Part shown: positions 48,448 through 50,440 of the stretch, one piece after another | Position numbering within the stretch: the first letter of the stretch is position 1 | Layout of the letters: each line of letters starts with the position of its first letter | Assembly: GCA_002748055.1 (NCBI GenBank) | Contig: PDRI01000095.1 | Location: forward strand, 69,081 to 119,520 | DNA length: 50,440 bases | From: Bacteroidota bacterium | Lineage (GTDB): Bacteria > Bacteroidota > Bacteroidia > Bacteroidales > GCA-2748055 | Direction of reading: 5' to 3' | The notes under the pieces: generated by a model | The model's database searches: none | Seen by the model: only the letters and a program-made list of their open reading frames with translations | What the model was told of the DNA's origin: nothing | Made by a program: the position numbers and the translations under genes

Positions 48448-48975
48448 TTATGTATCGACTAATATAGAAAAATACTCCCGATTTTTGTTGCGAAAGCCTG
48501 AAACTTGAGGACGATTGTAAATAAGTTTGCTGAAATCTCCGCATTTACTGAAAAACTGCCCCGAGAGACCTGTTGCAATAAGCTTAATATCAGATATATC
48601 TGGTATCAGAGTCGTGTTAAAATCTTTTTGTAAGAGCAACGAATATCTTGGAACCTTAAACTTTTTATTCATTCTCGCATATATGTAAGCATATTTCCCA
48701 TCATTTAATACACCCTTACACATATCTCCAATTTCTGTTACAACTTCTTTGATTTTAAATTGCTGTTCTGGTGTTACGTGTATATCTGGATTATATTGAT
48801 TATCTACTTGCTTTATTTTTGTTTTTGGAGGCTGACTGTAATTATTTATTTCTATTTTGTTGTTGTTGCCATCTATGACCGTATTGTTATTGCCGTTTAT
48901 ATTAAATCTAGCATTAGCTGGATTAGACAGCATCTTTTCCATACTTCGCTTAACTGCTTCATCATTAATCCTCAT
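48448..48975 (-). CDS. Phage ORF6C-like protein, apparently truncated/fused at ~48615
   Basis: HVTPEQQFKIKE...IYARMNKKFKVPRYSLLLQKDF matches an ORF6C-like pattern; residues after KDFN lie in higher-GC DNA; start overlaps repressor end, SD AAGGA. Confidence 0.6.
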   Translation of the reverse strand: MRINDEAVKRSMEKMLSNPANARFNINGNNNTVIDGNNNKIEINNYSQPPKTKIKQVDNQYNPDIHVTPEQQFKIKEVVTEIGDMCKGVLNDGKYAYIYARMNKKFKVPRYSLLLQKDFNTTLIPDISDIKLIATGLSGQFFSKCGDFSKLIYNRPQVSGFRNKNREYFSILVDT

Positions 48976-49354
48976 GGGCTTTCCTTATTTTTAATAATTT
49001 TTCTTCAAATTCTCTTATTAGTTTTGGCGTTGCATATTCTTCTATTAGCTTAAATAAATTTTGATATTCAGATGTTGATTGTTGTGTTTTTATAGTGTTA
49101 TTATTCCCTAGTGTCTGAATATTATTATTGCCAAGAATTAATTGAGATTTATCATATTTATCCTCATCCAATAAACATTCATAATCTACTTTTGTCATTT
49201 GACTACATTCAAGAATATATTTTTTTGGAATTTTTTTTCTATTTCTCCATGTACCAAAAGTTGTTTTAGATACTTGCATTATTTCTGCTAAATCGTCCAT
49301 ATTATGGCACTTATAAGCTTTTTTCATATTCTTTAATACTTTTGTAACATTCAT
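48965..49354 (-). CDS. Phage CI-like repressor (HTH)
   Basis: DLAEIMQVSKTTFGTWRNRKKIP HTH typical of Phage_CI_repr; AGGA SD before ATG 49354. Confidence 0.8.
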   Translation of the reverse strand: MNVTKVLKNMKKAYKCHNMDDLAEIMQVSKTTFGTWRNRKKIPKKYILECSQMTKVDYECLLDEDKYDKSQLILGNNNIQTLGNNNTIKTQQSTSEYQNLFKLIEEYATPKLIREFEEKLLKIRKAHED

Positions 49355-49375
49355 TTTCAATTGTCCTATAATTGT

Positions 49376-49413
49376 AGTCATATCTTGACTTTTTATATTC
49401 ATTTGACTATAAT
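49376..49413 (+). promoter_or_regulatory. sigma70-type promoter TTGACT-N17-TATAAT with overlapping operator-like palindrome
   Basis: -35 at 49385-49390, -10 at 49408-49413; AGTCA-TATCT-TGACT at 49376-49390. Confidence 0.7.
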
Positions 49414-49530
49414 ACGTTTATATTTTATCAAACATTTGCACGAATAATACACAAATGATTTATAAAAAGAGATAAAAGTTCTTTAATTTTTCATTGTTAA
49501 GGGGATAAATTTAACCATAAGGAGTAAAAA

Positions 49531-49737
49531 ATGGATAAGTATGAAGAGTGGTTAGAGGCAGAGAAAGTGCGTGGCAAAATTGATGATGATTGTCGCCCTA
49601 AGAAAGAAAATCCTACACTTTTTGAAAGTGCAGAATTTATATGCGATCATTTAAAAAAGTATCACGACAAAGATACAATTATTGTCTTACGACTTTGTGC
49701 ATCTATTTTTGGGTTTCGTTTGGTTTTGATGGATTAG
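49531..49737 (+). CDS. Small phage hypothetical protein
   Basis: AAGGAG SD 6 nt before ATG; first ORF after rightward promoter. Confidence 0.55.
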   Translation: MDKYEEWLEAEKVRGKIDDDCRPKKENPTLFESAEFICDHLKKYHDKDTIIVLRLCASIFGFRLVLMD

Positions 49738-49867
49738 CTTTTAGCTCGTTAAGAATTTTATTGTAGAGCTTGGCGATCCCCTCTGGATAAGAACTGGTTT
49801 TTATACCATTTAATGCTTGAGGCAAAATAAGTTTGACAAGCTCTAGTGCTATCTCTTTATCGTTCAT
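49703..49867 (-). CDS. 54-aa phage hypothetical protein (not in ORF track)
   Basis: AGAAAGGAC SD then MNDKEIALELVKLILPQALNGIKTSSYPEGIAKLYNKILNELKANPSKPNETQK*. Confidence 0.6.
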   Translation of the reverse strand: MNDKEIALELVKLILPQALNGIKTSSYPEGIAKLYNKILNELKANPSKPNETQK

Positions 49868-49966
49868 TTTTAAGTCCTTTCTTATGAATTTTGTTTGCAG
49901 ACTAATTATATCAAAGGGCTTAAAAATATCCCCTTAACAATGAAAAAAAGAATAAAGGAGGAAAGT

Positions 49967-50179
49967 ATGACAATAAATGACAGAATCCGTGAAGATTACG
50001 GAACGTTGACGCATTTTTGTAGGAAAAATGGCATAAATATTACAACTTTAAAAGTTGTTTTGAGTGGTCATGGAACATCTAAGCCACTGGCAAAAAAGCT
50101 TAAAAAGATGGGGTATATAAAAAATATTGATGAGCTTAGGAAGATAAGACAAGCGGTACTGGAGAGAAAAGCGGTATGA
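49967..50179 (+). CDS. Ner/Cro-like small HTH DNA-binding protein
   Basis: AAGGAGG SD; YGTLTHFCRKNGINITTLKVVLSG HTH pattern; divergent from repressor. Confidence 0.65.
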   Translation: MTINDRIREDYGTLTHFCRKNGINITTLKVVLSGHGTSKPLAKKLKKMGYIKNIDELRKIRQAVLERKAV

Positions 50180-50440
50180 ATAGCAAAGAGGTTTCTACTT
50201 TAGTTGGTTGTTCTGCTCAGAATATACGCAAGAAAACCAAACAAGCACTTGAGAGGGGTGAAAATACTTTGTCGGTAAAAGGCAAGGTGTTTGAGTTTGC
50301 TTTGGTGCAAAATAGAAGCGGTAAGGCTTATGAATATAAGGAGGTGGTTGATGCTACATATAGACACGATAGACATCTTGATAATTTGCATGACATTGAT
50401 AATTTTAAAAACAATAAGGAGATAAAAGATGAAAAAAATA
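50176..50440 (+). CDS. Putative Mu-type/excisionase-like winged-HTH DNA-binding protein (3'-open at window edge)
   Basis: ATGA overlap with previous stop; MNSKEVSTLVGCSAQNIRKK...GKAYEY; no stop before window end. Confidence 0.5.
   Translation, partial: MNSKEVSTLVGCSAQNIRKKTKQALERGENTLSVKGKVFEFALVQNRSGKAYEYKEVVDATYRHDRHLDNLHDIDNFKNNKEIKDEKN

Larger units (their letters stand above)
48615..50440. mobile_element. Low-GC temperate (Mu-like) prophage immunity region, or chimeric foreign segment
   Basis: GC drop to ~18-30% in counted lines; divergent repressor and Ner/Cro-like genes; SD sites; sigma70 promoter; left boundary approximate. Confidence 0.75.

Noticed and set aside
48591-48620. Mu-type left end (TGT at ~48615) or palindrome CAGATATATCTG as att site
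   Set aside because: Falls inside an apparent gene, no repeated transposase-binding sites follow, and short matches are expected by chance
50354-50425. 24-aa hydrophobic ORF MLHIDTIDILIICMTLIILKTIRR after an AAGGAGG SD
   Set aside because: Nested in the open 50176 frame and too short to support without homology; not excluded
1-50440. CRISPR array, tRNA, rRNA, IS transposase, integrase
   Set aside because: None recognised on reading; short RNA genes could be missed without a covariance search

Overview
Most of the window (1 to ~48,600) is Bacteroidota DNA, probably Bacteroidales/Marinilabiliales-like, roughly 50-60% GC in hand-counted lines. It has TAnnTTTG-type promoters, SusC/SusD pairs and T9SS C-terminal domains. 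1-28.5 kb is a glycan-utilisation region: two SusC/SusD pairs, a hybrid two-component regulator, GH5, an esterase, GH106, GH97, and two T9SS-secreted multidomain proteins whose TIM-barrel-like domains I cannot place in a defined GH family. 28.6-33.3 kb is a rearranged patch: a decayed copy of the downstream GH99-like gene, a HAD/NagD phosphatase, a DUF5107-like gene relic and an arylsulfotransferase. 33.4-44.1 kb is a tightly coupled 7-gene minus-strand envelope system and is the best candidate for an uncharacterised system: T9SS double beta-propeller, non-SusC TonB receptor, DUF4876-like lipoprotein, second OM beta-barrel, ABC ATPase with non-canonical motifs, permease, and DUF4857-like membrane protein. 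GH140-like, DmpA-like, LapA-like and CmpX/MscS-TM-like genes follow. At ~48,615 the sequence switches abruptly, apparently in mid-gene, to ~20-30% GC DNA. This segment holds a temperate (Mu-like) phage immunity region with Shine-Dalgarno sites and a sigma70-type promoter, which are atypical of Bacteroidota, so it is either foreign DNA or an assembly chimera. All family calls come from motif recognition by eye; no searches were run.
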